This document shows, piece by piece, positions 37,218 to 46,164 of a stretch of DNA of 64,000 bases (position 1 is its first letter; each line of letters begins with the position of its first letter). The stretch lies in the IMG/VR virus record IMGVR_UViG_3300027872_000004, positions 6,319-70,318 of that record; one strand, 5' to 3'. The notes beneath the pieces are model-generated. The model saw only the letters and a list, made by a program, of their open reading frames with translations. It was not told the DNA's origin and searched no databases. The position numbers and the translations under genes are program-made. The DNA is from a virus.

Positions 37218-37546
37218 GACGATTCGAGGAGTGGGATATTCTTGGAAGGATGGGCGAGAAGATTGTCGCCCAGGTTCAAACATACCAGGATCTGAAGTTG
37301 GCCCTGGTTCACCGGGAGATTCAGCGTATGGCTGACGACAACGACACGACCATCACATGGGATCGTGACAAGCTCGTGAAGCTGAAAGAGCAGTGGCAAC
37401 ACGCAGTCGATAACGAGCAGGAATTGTTCACCTTCGAGAACGACGAGAAGGATCACGAGATCCTGGTCACCTACGGCCGCTACCTGATCGAGTACCTGGA
37501 GTACTTGTTCCCGAAGGAAGGATCAGCGGAGGTCGGACATGGCTGA
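37214..37546 (+). CDS. hypothetical protein
   Basis: ATGA coupling. Confidence 0.55.
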   Translation: MRRFEEWDILGRMGEKIVAQVQTYQDLKLALVHREIQRMADDNDTTITWDRDKLVKLKEQWQHAVDNEQELFTFENDEKDHEILVTYGRYLIEYLEYLFPKEGSAEVGHG

Positions 37547-38231
37547 GCAACGAACATTCAAGTGGTTCTCTGACCGATGGGGCAAGATCACGATGTCCAA
37601 GCGAGTGGATATTCTACTCAACGGGCACGTCCACGATCTGAACAACCTGTTGAAGACCTTGTACTGGGAGAAGCAGGCTTCTGAGGATCAGATACGTGCA
37701 GAGTTCGAGCGTGAAACCAGGATCGGTGACAACAGCTCGGCCATGTCCTGGGGGAAGCGCCACGAGGAGGAGGCCATCACTCACTACGAGCTGACCAGGA
37801 ACATCCAGGTCATCCGCGCCGAGTTCAAGGTACATCATCTCTGGCCTGACCTGGTTGGCGACTCGACCGACTTCCTGGAGACCGACGATGGAACGCTCAA
37901 GGGAAAGATCCAGTACGCCTGCGAGGTGAAGTGTCCGTTCAACCCAGACAACCACAAGAAAACGATTCGATACGGAATGGCACTCTGGCATCACAACCAG
38001 ACCCAGGGACACATGGAGGTGCACGGTCTGAAGGAAGGTAAGTTCGTCAGCTACGATCCTCGTCACCAGATCGAGGAGCAGCAGATCTACGTCCAGCCGA
38101 TCGAGGTCGATCTTGTCTGGCAGCAACAGTTCCGCGAGAAAATGAAGATCTTCAATGATCACTTCCACGCCGGAACCAAATACGAACACCAAATGACTGG
38201 TGCCACCGATGGCATCCCATCCATGTTCTAG
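37539..38231 (+). CDS. YqaJ/lambda-exonuclease-family nuclease
   Basis: AMSWG..HE..A, S.D, EVKCP, QTQG.M. Confidence 0.8.
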   Translation: MAEQRTFKWFSDRWGKITMSKRVDILLNGHVHDLNNLLKTLYWEKQASEDQIRAEFERETRIGDNSSAMSWGKRHEEEAITHYELTRNIQVIRAEFKVHHLWPDLVGDSTDFLETDDGTLKGKIQYACEVKCPFNPDNHKKTIRYGMALWHHNQTQGHMEVHGLKEGKFVSYDPRHQIEEQQIYVQPIEVDLVWQQQFREKMKIFNDHFHAGTKYEHQMTGATDGIPSMF

Positions 38232-38240
38232 GAGAAAACA

Positions 38241-38969
38241 ATGCGAGCGCAAATTCAAACACCAGCCACACTGCTGACCCACTCACAGCCGCTGATCGAT
38301 AACGCCAACAACCTGACAGAACAAGCCGACAGAGCCCTTGTCACCTGCGCAGAGGAGTTCGCCAGTGCCACCGACTTCGTAAGGATATGTCAGGGCCAGT
38401 ACAACTCTGCCGAGGATGCCAGGAAGGCTGTCGTCCAACCGCTGAACGATCATGTAAAGTGGATCAATGATCAATTCCGACCGATCACCTCATCGCTTAT
38501 GGCGGCAAAGAAAAAGGTTTCAGACAAGGCCGCTGCCTGGAGAATCGATGAAGACAGGCGGATCCGCGAGGAGGCCGAGGAGGAACAAAGGAAAGCTGAC
38601 GAACAGGCCCTGGCAGACGCTGAGGCAGCCACTGAGGCCGGCGACGAGGAACGGGCTGAGGCTATCCTGGATGTGGCAGCAGAGACACCACCAGCCCCCA
38701 CAAGAGCCGCACCCATACGTGGCGGTATAACCGGTGCCACAGGGTCCACTCGCACCACCTGGAAGGGCGAGGTGCAGTACGAGGACATTAAAGCGGTGTG
38801 CCAGGGCATCATCGACGACCATCTGCCGACCAACATCATCAAAGACTGGAACAAGACCGTGATGAACGCGGTCGCGAAGCGTATCGGGGAAGGCTGGCCG
38901 GAAGACCAGGCCACCGGAAAGCACCACGGTCTGACGGTCAATAAGGATGTCGGGATGGTGGTCAGGTGA
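38241..38969 (+). CDS. coiled-coil hypothetical protein
   Basis: Strong RBS; helical. Confidence 0.6.
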   Translation: MRAQIQTPATLLTHSQPLIDNANNLTEQADRALVTCAEEFASATDFVRICQGQYNSAEDARKAVVQPLNDHVKWINDQFRPITSSLMAAKKKVSDKAAAWRIDEDRRIREEAEEEQRKADEQALADAEAATEAGDEERAEAILDVAAETPPAPTRAAPIRGGITGATGSTRTTWKGEVQYEDIKAVCQGIIDDHLPTNIIKDWNKTVMNAVAKRIGEGWPEDQATGKHHGLTVNKDVGMVVR

Positions 38970-39208
38970 TCAAGTTCACTGCCAAAACCGCAGACGGAGG
39001 AAAGCTGGTCGGGATAGGTCTCAGCCACGAAAACCTGAAACGGCTGAAGGATAACTCGCCAATACGATTCAAGGGTGAAGCGATTGGTTTACCGGACCTG
39101 GACTTCCTGATCTTCTCTGGCAAGAGCGAAGAAGCGATGGCCAAGTGGCTGGCGCCAGGAATCACTGCGGAGACAATCGTGCATGACACGAGTGATCAAG
39201 GGCAATGA
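38966..39208 (+). CDS. hypothetical protein
   Basis: GTGA coupling. Confidence 0.55.
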   Translation: MIKFTAKTADGGKLVGIGLSHENLKRLKDNSPIRFKGEAIGLPDLDFLIFSGKSEEAMAKWLAPGITAETIVHDTSDQGQ

Positions 39209-39426
39209 AGATTGAGTTCGACAACAGCACTGGTGTCATTACAGAAGGTTCGTACTTGCGCATTGCCGGTGGTAGCTGGTGGAAAACACAACTGCTGGTC
39301 ACGGATGCAAACGCGAATACGCTAACAGTCCAATGGTCCTGGTGGGCTGAGCTGTGGTTCCAGTATCCGATCATCGGATTCATATGGGGCGCGGCAATTC
39401 AGTTACTGTGGAGATTAGGGCAATGA
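39205..39426 (+). CDS. hypothetical membrane protein
   Basis: C-terminal hydrophobic segment. Confidence 0.5.
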   Translation: MKIEFDNSTGVITEGSYLRIAGGSWWKTQLLVTDANANTLTVQWSWWAELWFQYPIIGFIWGAAIQLLWRLGQ

Positions 39427-39899
39427 ACAAAGCAATGCTAATCGGCAACCTGGGCGCTGACCCAGACACGAGATATCTGGACAACGGCGATGCCGTAACC
39501 ACGATCTCGATTGCCACCAACAAACGCTGGAAGGACAAGACGACCGGCGAGCAGAAGGAACATACCGAGTGGCACCGCTGCACAGCGTTCGGCAAACGGG
39601 CCGAGACCATGACCCAGTACTTGCGGAAGGGCTCGAAGGTCTTCATTGAAGGAGAATTACGAACCAGGAAGTGGACCGACAAGGACACGATCGAACGGTA
39701 CAGCACTGAGATCCGGGTAGACAACTTCGAGTTCCTGGACAAGAAGGAAGCTGGTCCTCCGCATCCGGCCGACTCTCCGAGTTACAACACCGGAGAAGGC
39801 AAGAAGCCGGATACTGACCAGGACGGTCTGCCACCGCAGTCACGGCAAGATGCCGAAGACTCTCATCCGGATGATTTCGATGACGATATCCCTTTTTAA
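39423..39899 (+). CDS. ssb: single-stranded DNA-binding protein
   Basis: MNKAMLIGNLGADP...TEWHR...DDDIPF. Confidence 0.95.
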   Translation: MNKAMLIGNLGADPDTRYLDNGDAVTTISIATNKRWKDKTTGEQKEHTEWHRCTAFGKRAETMTQYLRKGSKVFIEGELRTRKWTDKDTIERYSTEIRVDNFEFLDKKEAGPPHPADSPSYNTGEGKKPDTDQDGLPPQSRQDAEDSHPDDFDDDIPF

Positions 39900-40063
39900 T
39901 AGGCAGGGACCATATCGGAAGGTGTTAAGCGTCCGATTCTGTCAGTCGAAGTACTCTCCACCTGGATCCGGAAGTGCAGAGATCTACCTTGACTGTGGCC
40001 ATACTGAATACAGGAAATGGTCGCAAGCTCCGATGGTCAGGGCTCGATGTTGGGAGTGCAAGG

Positions 40064-40390
40064 ATGGGTAGCGACTACAGAATCCCACACGCAAAATTCG
40101 ATGGCGATGACTATGTTCCGCCTCGCGATGACCCCAGGTTAAGAACGCAGATCCAAAGAATCTTCTCGCTCATGATGGACAGTAAATGGAGAACGCTGCC
40201 AGAGATAGAAGTTGCAACCGGGGATCCTGCTGCATCAATATCCGCTCAGCTCAGACATCTTCGCAAAGACAGATTTGGGTCACATACTCTGAATAAGCGA
40301 CATCGAGGCGAGAAGTCCAGGGGGTATTACGAGTACCAAGTCATCGTGAACGAACCACGTAGAGTCCCAGAACAGGGAAGATTATTATGA
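40064..40390 (+). CDS. winged-helix DNA-binding protein
   Basis: WRTLPEI...TGDP.ASISAQLRHLRK. Confidence 0.65.
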   Translation: MGSDYRIPHAKFDGDDYVPPRDDPRLRTQIQRIFSLMMDSKWRTLPEIEVATGDPAASISAQLRHLRKDRFGSHTLNKRHRGEKSRGYYEYQVIVNEPRRVPEQGRLL

Positions 40391-40596
40391 AAAAATTGAT
40401 GTCGATCGAGCAGGTAGCGGGAACCTTCAGTGATGATTTGCCAGACTGGCAGTACCAAATAAACCTGGCTTGGTTGAGAAGCCTGCATAGCCTGATGGCG
40501 AACGGCGGCGTATGGGCCTCGCCTGCTCTTGGCACGATATACCGTAAGCGGGGCGATGGATTCATACGTGAACTGGATGATGACTCAGCCACTTAA
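40387..40596 (+). CDS. hypothetical protein
   Basis: ATGA coupling. Confidence 0.5.
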   Translation: MKKLMSIEQVAGTFSDDLPDWQYQINLAWLRSLHSLMANGGVWASPALGTIYRKRGDGFIRELDDDSAT

Positions 40597-41542
40597 CTAC
40601 TGCACCCAGGCCGCTGAGAATATGCGGATCATCAACGAGGATCTGTTCAAGCGAGAAGCGGACCAGAGAACCAACCTGGCAATCGCGACATCCGCCAGAG
40701 AGGCGATCATCCTGATGCACCTGGCCGAGAAGTTCATCCTGCCGGAGTGGGGCAAGATCTTCGAGAAACATGAGATAGATCTGATCTCTGATGTGCAGAT
40801 CCCAACCCGGTTGCCGTACCCGATCGTCGCACTCGAATATCACTGCGACTACAGAGATCCCAGGTGCGAACCGATGATGCCGCAGGAACTCGAAAGCTCG
40901 AAACGCATCGCCTTGTGCGTCGAGACCGAGGCGCTTCACGAACACACCACTCTGTTCGCTCACGTTCACGACAATCACATCGGATCGACGCCTGGGTACT
41001 ACGTCTTCCCGGTCTGCTACTCAGATGGAATGAAGTGCTGGACACCACCACCTGCCACGATGTTTTTTCCTCGTGGTGGAAACGAGCAGATGCAAGCGAT
41101 GAAAGACCTTGGCCTGTGTGCGGTGCTGCCTCTCGGATACGTCTGCTACAAGCATTATCCAGAAAGCGAGAGATCTACCAGGGCAGCAAGAGATGTCGCA
41201 GACGAGGTGTTCGCCATGATCCACCTGCTGACTGCCTTGGCAATCGACAAGGGTAAGCACACGCTCCTGCCGGCACCAGTGAAGCTGAATAAGAAGCGGG
41301 CCAAGAAGGGCCGCATCCCGATGTACGAATACAAGATCCTGGACATCGTTGCCGATGTTCTGCAAGCGCCTCAGTCGGCTTCTAAGCCGCACCAGGGAGG
41401 CACCCATGCCAGCCCCAGGATGCACAAGCGTCGTGGCCACGTTCGACGACTCCGCTCCGGTAGGACCACCTGGGTACGCAACGCGATCATAGGTAAGCCA
41501 GGTCATGGCTCAGTCGAGAAGGAGTACAGCGTTCATGAGTGA
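40577..41542 (+). CDS. conserved phage protein with C-terminal HxRRGHxR motif
   Basis: HASPRMHKRRGHVRRL.SG...WV. Confidence 0.6.
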   Translation: MMTQPLNYCTQAAENMRIINEDLFKREADQRTNLAIATSAREAIILMHLAEKFILPEWGKIFEKHEIDLISDVQIPTRLPYPIVALEYHCDYRDPRCEPMMPQELESSKRIALCVETEALHEHTTLFAHVHDNHIGSTPGYYVFPVCYSDGMKCWTPPPATMFFPRGGNEQMQAMKDLGLCAVLPLGYVCYKHYPESERSTRAARDVADEVFAMIHLLTALAIDKGKHTLLPAPVKLNKKRAKKGRIPMYEYKILDIVADVLQAPQSASKPHQGGTHASPRMHKRRGHVRRLRSGRTTWVRNAIIGKPGHGSVEKEYSVHE

Positions 41543-41849
41543 TTTGATTGATCGATTGCGAAAAGACTTTCCTATGGATCCACGAATAGCTGGTTCTCCT
41601 GAGATGGAGTTAAGGTGGAAAGCCGCTAACGAACTCGAACACCAGTCAACATCGATAGATATGCTTCAGGCTGAAATTGCAGGCTACGAGGAACGCCAAC
41701 AAGAACTGACCAAGGCCCTTGAAGACCTTGTGACGCTCAAAGATTACAAATGTTGGCATGGCAAGACGCCAGACTACCTTGAAAAACTACCGATCGTGTG
41801 GCAGCAGGCTCGTGATGCGCTGGGGCTCGACAAGCAACCAAGGATATGA
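41535..41849 (+). CDS. hypothetical protein
   Basis: Coupled ORF. Confidence 0.5.
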   Translation: MSDLIDRLRKDFPMDPRIAGSPEMELRWKAANELEHQSTSIDMLQAEIAGYEERQQELTKALEDLVTLKDYKCWHGKTPDYLEKLPIVWQQARDALGLDKQPRI

Positions 41850-41852
41850 ACG

Positions 41853-42098
41853 ATGAGTGACCTCAGTGGAATGGGTATGTTTGACCAGTCTCCTTTGGAC
41901 GATCCAAGCTGGCAGGTAATGAAGGTTCCTGGAGGACATATTTTTACGTTGTGGAAAACCCTCGGGAATGACATCTGGGAGCCAGCAACCAGTACATTTG
42001 TTCCTGATCACGTCACCATACGACAGGAAACCCCAGAAGATCGAGCTGTTAAAGCGTTCCATTGGCCAATCTTCAGGCTAAAAAAAGGGAAAAGATGA
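41853..42098 (+). CDS. hypothetical protein
   Basis: Coupled ORF. Confidence 0.45.
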   Translation: MSDLSGMGMFDQSPLDDPSWQVMKVPGGHIFTLWKTLGNDIWEPATSTFVPDHVTIRQETPEDRAVKAFHWPIFRLKKGKR

Positions 42099-42463
42099 AC
42101 ATCGACAAGCTACCAAAGTGGGCCAGAGTTCACATTGCGAATCTACAACGCGAACGAGACACTGCCGTTAAATACCTGTCGGAATACTGTGACACCCAAA
42201 CGACATCACCGTTCTTTACGGAGGATCATGTCTCCGATGGAGAAAAAAACCTCGGGCCAACCCGGCGTCGTCATTACATCCAAACTCACTCGATAACTGT
42301 CGAATGGCAGGACGTTCAACTCAGGGTTCTTCTGAGAAAGGATCACATCGAGATGTCCTGGGACCGCATTGATCAGTGGCTGGAGGATATCGTCTTCCAA
42401 CCTGCAACATTCCAGACCGCAAGACTTTTTGTACCGAAGTTAAAGGGAGATACCGATGGGTGA
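42095..42463 (+). CDS. hypothetical protein
   Basis: MN.DKLPKWAR..I..L.RE motif. Confidence 0.55.
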   Translation: MNIDKLPKWARVHIANLQRERDTAVKYLSEYCDTQTTSPFFTEDHVSDGEKNLGPTRRRHYIQTHSITVEWQDVQLRVLLRKDHIEMSWDRIDQWLEDIVFQPATFQTARLFVPKLKGDTDG

Positions 42464-42731
42464 CATCGCAGAGATGATGCTGGATGGAACCATGTGCGAA
42501 GGATGCGGCGAGTTCATGGACATTGGCGGAGAGCCACCAGGCTATCCGGTTCGATGCGCTGCTTGTGGTGAGGAGCCAGACGACAGTCAGCCGGTAAACT
42601 ACAAGTCACCACGCATGATCAACTGCCCGGAATATCCGAAATGTTTCCGACGCTTCCGCACCCGGCAAGCTGCCGGTCAACACTGGGTAGACAAGCACGG
42701 TCAGCACCTGAAAGAAGGAATAAAAAAATGA
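42456..42731 (+). CDS. zinc-finger protein
   Basis: MGDIAEMMLDG..CEGCGE; C2H2-like C-terminus. Confidence 0.6.
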   Translation: MGDIAEMMLDGTMCEGCGEFMDIGGEPPGYPVRCAACGEEPDDSQPVNYKSPRMINCPEYPKCFRRFRTRQAAGQHWVDKHGQHLKEGIKK

Positions 42732-43096
42732 TCAGCGGCACATACGTACCAGGACACACGACGAACGCAAAGGATAGATCGATGGATGATTTCCCTGACG
42801 ACCTGTTCCCCAAAGCCAGAATCCCACTGAAGGCTCAGATCGAATGTGTCGAGCGCGAGATCAAATTTCGCAGGCGCGTCTATGCCAGGCGCGTCTTCAA
42901 AGGAACGATGAGTCAGGACTTCTCAAACCAGCAGATCAAGCTGATGGAATCAGTACTACGAACCTTGCAACAGTTGAAAGCGCATGGAGGTGAGGATTCG
43001 GGAGTAGCGCCCCGGAGTACAAATGCCTGTGATCATCCAGTGCACAAAAATCCAGGGCTGATCGTGCCGTGCCCAGAATGTGGAGAAGACCCTTGA
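42728..43096 (+). CDS. hypothetical protein
   Basis: QIECVEREI..R.RVY.R.V motif. Confidence 0.55.
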   Translation: MISGTYVPGHTTNAKDRSMDDFPDDLFPKARIPLKAQIECVEREIKFRRRVYARRVFKGTMSQDFSNQQIKLMESVLRTLQQLKAHGGEDSGVAPRSTNACDHPVHKNPGLIVPCPECGEDP

Positions 43097-43281
43097 ACAC
43101 TTATGATGTATCGATGCGATCGAAACCTGGGATGTACGAGCAGTACAATGGCATCGTGACCGTCCAGGCAGAGAACGATGAGCAGGCCATCGAGGCCGCA
43201 CTACTCAAACTCAAAAACGGAGTCTTCCCTGACCGCAATCGTGAGATGTGGAAGGTCGAATCTGTCACCAGGAGAATGTAA
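43093..43281 (+). CDS. hypothetical protein
   Basis: TTG start overlapping upstream stop. Confidence 0.45.
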   Translation: MNTYDVSMRSKPGMYEQYNGIVTVQAENDEQAIEAALLKLKNGVFPDRNREMWKVESVTRRM

Positions 43282-43871
43282 TGCTGATTTATGACTGCGA
43301 GATCGAAAAGCTGATCCCGAACAAGACCTCTCCAAACGAGGAAGGTTTCGAGTACTGCGAAGGCTGGGGCGACAAGAAGGGCATGGGCATCTCCGTGATC
43401 TCCGTGTTCGATTACGACGCCGGCTTCCCCAGGATCTTCATGAAGGACAATATCGAGGAACTGTGGAAGCTAATGGACAAGACCGACATTATCGCCGGCT
43501 TCAACAGCGCCCACTTCGACAACCAACTGATCGCCGCTCACGGCTACCAGGTCCCGAAAGAGAAGACCTACGATCTGTTCCTGGAAATCAAGGAAGCGGC
43601 CGGCGCCGGCAAGTACGCCAAAGGCTACAACCTGGAGAACTGCTGCCAGGTAAACCTCGGGTATGGCAAGTCCGGAGATGGTGAACTCGCGCCAAAACTG
43701 TGGCAACAAGGTTATTTTGGCGCGGTCGCTGATTACGCTCTACGTGACATAATGATCTCGAAGGCCCTTCTGGATCTCTGCATCGCTCAGCCAATACTGG
43801 ACCCAGGCAACCCAGGGACTAGGATATTCGTTAAGAATCCGCTAGATACCTTGCAATCAGTGCAATCTTGA
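43281..43871 (+). CDS. DEDD/RNase H-like 3'-5' exonuclease
   Basis: IYDCE (ExoI), GFNS.HFD (ExoII), Y..RD (ExoIII). Confidence 0.75.
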   Translation: MLIYDCEIEKLIPNKTSPNEEGFEYCEGWGDKKGMGISVISVFDYDAGFPRIFMKDNIEELWKLMDKTDIIAGFNSAHFDNQLIAAHGYQVPKEKTYDLFLEIKEAAGAGKYAKGYNLENCCQVNLGYGKSGDGELAPKLWQQGYFGAVADYALRDIMISKALLDLCIAQPILDPGNPGTRIFVKNPLDTLQSVQS

Positions 43872-43913
43872 GGTCTAATAACAAGACGGTATTTAGCGTA
43901 TAAGGGTACAGTT

Positions 43914-44396
43914 ATGAAGCATCTTATTTCCTGTTTTTTGTTGGCCTTGATCGTCCTGACAGCTCTTGCCCAGGAACGTGGAGTCCAGGCAATCGATATG
44001 TCTGGCTTCAGTGGTTACGGCTGGGGCACCAGCTACGAGTTCATCTCCAACGACATGAACGAAGAAGGCTACTCCCTGATATCGAGCGGCGATCGTGACC
44101 TTTGGTATAGCGGGAAGCTCCTGGACGAAAGCATCAAGGTTGTCTATCTATTTAAGGATGATGTGCTGACAAGCGGCATGTGGTCCATCGAAGATGTCGA
44201 TCAGGAATCGTACTGGATCATCAACGGCTTCCTCAGAAAAGAGTACAACGTCAAGGTTAAGCTGAGAGTCAAAGGTGACACGCTCATCGAAACCACGATG
44301 AGGCCACCCGATACTGACGCCGTGATCGTACATAAGCTGGATGTAGCAAATAAGACCCATGTGGTCAGCTACTACTACCAACCAGGAGAGGATTGA
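43914..44396 (+). CDS. secreted/periplasmic protein (moron-like)
   Basis: Sec signal MKHLISCFLLALIVLTALA-Q; preceded by GGGTACAG. Confidence 0.65.
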   Translation: MKHLISCFLLALIVLTALAQERGVQAIDMSGFSGYGWGTSYEFISNDMNEEGYSLISSGDRDLWYSGKLLDESIKVVYLFKDDVLTSGMWSIEDVDQESYWIINGFLRKEYNVKVKLRVKGDTLIETTMRPPDTDAVIVHKLDVANKTHVVSYYYQPGED

Positions 44397-44397
44397 T

Positions 44398-44652
44398 ATG
44401 GAAATTAGGATCGAGTCAGGCATCCCGATCCCAAAAGAGCGTCCGCAATTCAAATCTCACATCGAGAAGATGGAGATCGGAGATTCATTTCGGGTGCATG
44501 TCGAACACTGGACTTCGCTTCGGAACGCAGCAAGCAACATGAACAAACGTACCGCGAAAAAGTTCGTTGTTCAGAAAGTGAAGGAGCCAATCAATCCTGA
44601 CAGGAAGACCGGCGAGAAAATTGAGTTCGTCAGGATCTGGCGTAAATTTTAA
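44398..44652 (+). CDS. small DNA-binding-like protein
   Basis: IESGIPIP...MEIGDSF motif. Confidence 0.6.
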   Translation: MEIRIESGIPIPKERPQFKSHIEKMEIGDSFRVHVEHWTSLRNAASNMNKRTAKKFVVQKVKEPINPDRKTGEKIEFVRIWRKF

Positions 44653-44656
44653 TTAT

Positions 44657-44836
44657 GGAGCGGTGACGTAGCGGCAACCGTGCTGGTAGGGAGATTAGAA
44701 ATCTGGACGTTTTTTTCGTTTTCTTCCAGGTTAGGGGCAGCCCCCCATTACTCCCATCGACCAGTGGACCTCTCGGGCGATGACGCATTGCCGGATACGA
44801 AGTCCACGCCCAGGTTCAACTCCTGGGACGCTCCCA
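44657..44836 (+). ncRNA. tRNA-like structured RNA with expanded anticodon and variable arms
   Basis: Acceptor GGAGCG/CGCTCC; D-arm ACG-TAGCGGCAAC-CGT; stem CTGGT/ACCAG enclosing 72 nt; 42-nt variable arm; T arm CCAGG-TTCAACT-CCTGG. Confidence 0.7.
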
Positions 44837-44970
44837 CAGAATTGTCATAAACAACCGCATGGGCCCTGAAGGTCGCGAACAAGTAGGGGATGTGTCATGT
44901 GGAGTGAGGAGGTGGCTCCCAAGGTTGCGAAACTGAACGCCTCCAGATTCACCCACCAGGAGAAGCCACA

Positions 44971-45492
44971 ATGAAGTTTGATCTGACCCGTACTACCGCC
45001 AAGTTCGGCGTATTCAACCCGCGAGAGGAGAAGAACAAGGGCAACGCATTCGATCTACCGTTCTCGGTGACGCTGGGATCTTCGATCCTGGCAATGCTCG
45101 CACCGACCACCAATGTCGATGGAGATGACCAGGCCCTGGCTGAGCAGTTGTTCTCTGAGGAAGGCCACGTCTGTCGGCCATCGATCAACCCGATTCACGT
45201 CAACAGGAAACCCGAGGGCGCGATCGTCACAATCTGGGACCAGGAAGATTTCGGAGATCCGCTTGAGCTGAAACCCTGCAACCTGACTACGCTGAAGGCC
45301 GAGCTGCAAACACCCAACCAGGTTGTGCTGACCGGAAAGGTTCAATACTCTCAGTACTCAGATGCTGAGCTGGTCCGCATCAATGCGCTCATGAACAAAT
45401 CGTTCGACCTGCAAATCACCATCGAGCAACCGGATCTATTCGAGCACCCAGAGGGAGAAACCGAGGATAAGGACGAGGATCCCCAAGAGTAA
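44971..45492 (+). CDS. hypothetical protein
   Basis: AGGAG RBS; acidic C-terminus. Confidence 0.6.
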   Translation: MKFDLTRTTAKFGVFNPREEKNKGNAFDLPFSVTLGSSILAMLAPTTNVDGDDQALAEQLFSEEGHVCRPSINPIHVNRKPEGAIVTIWDQEDFGDPLELKPCNLTTLKAELQTPNQVVLTGKVQYSQYSDAELVRINALMNKSFDLQITIEQPDLFEHPEGETEDKDEDPQE

Positions 45493-45514
45493 CTCGACCA
45501 AGACCCGTTCAATC

Positions 45515-45829
45515 ATGTCAGTATTTCATCCAGCCGCTAGGGCACAAGATCTCATCGATCGGCTAAAGTCTTTGACCAAGCCGATCGGTGAGGCTGAGAT
45601 GAAAGATCTGCCGGCAGCATGGGCCGAGCTGGAAGATCTTTTGATCATGATCGCCACGTCACGAAAACCAAGACTGGAACTCCAGCGAAAAGCTGATACC
45701 CTTGACTGCGTTATCGTCGCCATCGATAAACTACGGGACACGGAGAAAAGGGATGCTGATTCTGACCAGAACGCAAGGCGAATCAATACAGATCGGGGAA
45801 GCAGTGACGGTGACAGTGCTGGGAGTTAG
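45515..45829 (+). CDS. hypothetical protein
   Basis: ORF; overlaps csrA. Confidence 0.5.
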   Translation: MSVFHPAARAQDLIDRLKSLTKPIGEAEMKDLPAAWAELEDLLIMIATSRKPRLELQRKADTLDCVIVAIDKLRDTEKRDADSDQNARRINTDRGSSDGDSAGS

Positions 45830-45950
45830 AGGTGGGCAGGTGCGAGTAGGCATTGATGCTCCAAAGCAGATCAAGGTTCTCCGAACGGAACTGCTGGATC
45901 GCGCACGTTCAACTCCGAGCAGCGAGTCGTCTGAGTCCGATACCGGCTAA
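45753..45950 (+). CDS. csrA: carbon storage regulator CsrA/RsmA homologue
   Basis: [37 protein letters not shown]. Confidence 0.9.
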   Translation: MLILTRTQGESIQIGEAVTVTVLGVRGGQVRVGIDAPKQIKVLRTELLDRARSTPSSESSESDTG

Positions 45951-46164
45951 CAATCGTCACCAGGGCATCCGCCCAGGTGGTGTACTCCTCGAACGACAAC
46001 GAGCCCTCAGCAGGCATGACGACCTGTGGCGACACCGAATGCTGTGCAAAGCAATCATTGGGCAACGGAGTCCTGACCGTGACAGGCACATCCCGAAGTT
46101 CCACGTCAGTTAATACTGTTGGCCCGCTCGCGCATGCTTGAAGCAAGACGAGGGCAAATAGCAT
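45871..46164 (-). CDS. o-spanin (Rz1-like lipoprotein)
   Basis: Lipobox LQAC; Pro-rich; overlaps i-spanin 3' end. Confidence 0.7.
   Translation of the reverse strand: MLFALVLLQACASGPTVLTDVELRDVPVTVRTPLPNDCFAQHSVSPQVVMPAEGSLSFEEYTTWADALVTIVSRYRTQTTRCSELNVRDPAVPFGEP

Noticed and set aside
44657-44836. Canonical tRNA, intron-containing tRNA, tmRNA or attP
   Set aside because: No U33 or 7-nt anticodon loop; the BHB motif does not form; 72 nt is too short for a group I intron; no G3:U70; no integrase in the window
44860-44945. Hammerhead-like fragments (CTGAAGG, GTGAGGA, CGAAAC)
   Set aside because: Core CUGANGA is imperfect and no stem III/NUH cleavage triplet can be formed
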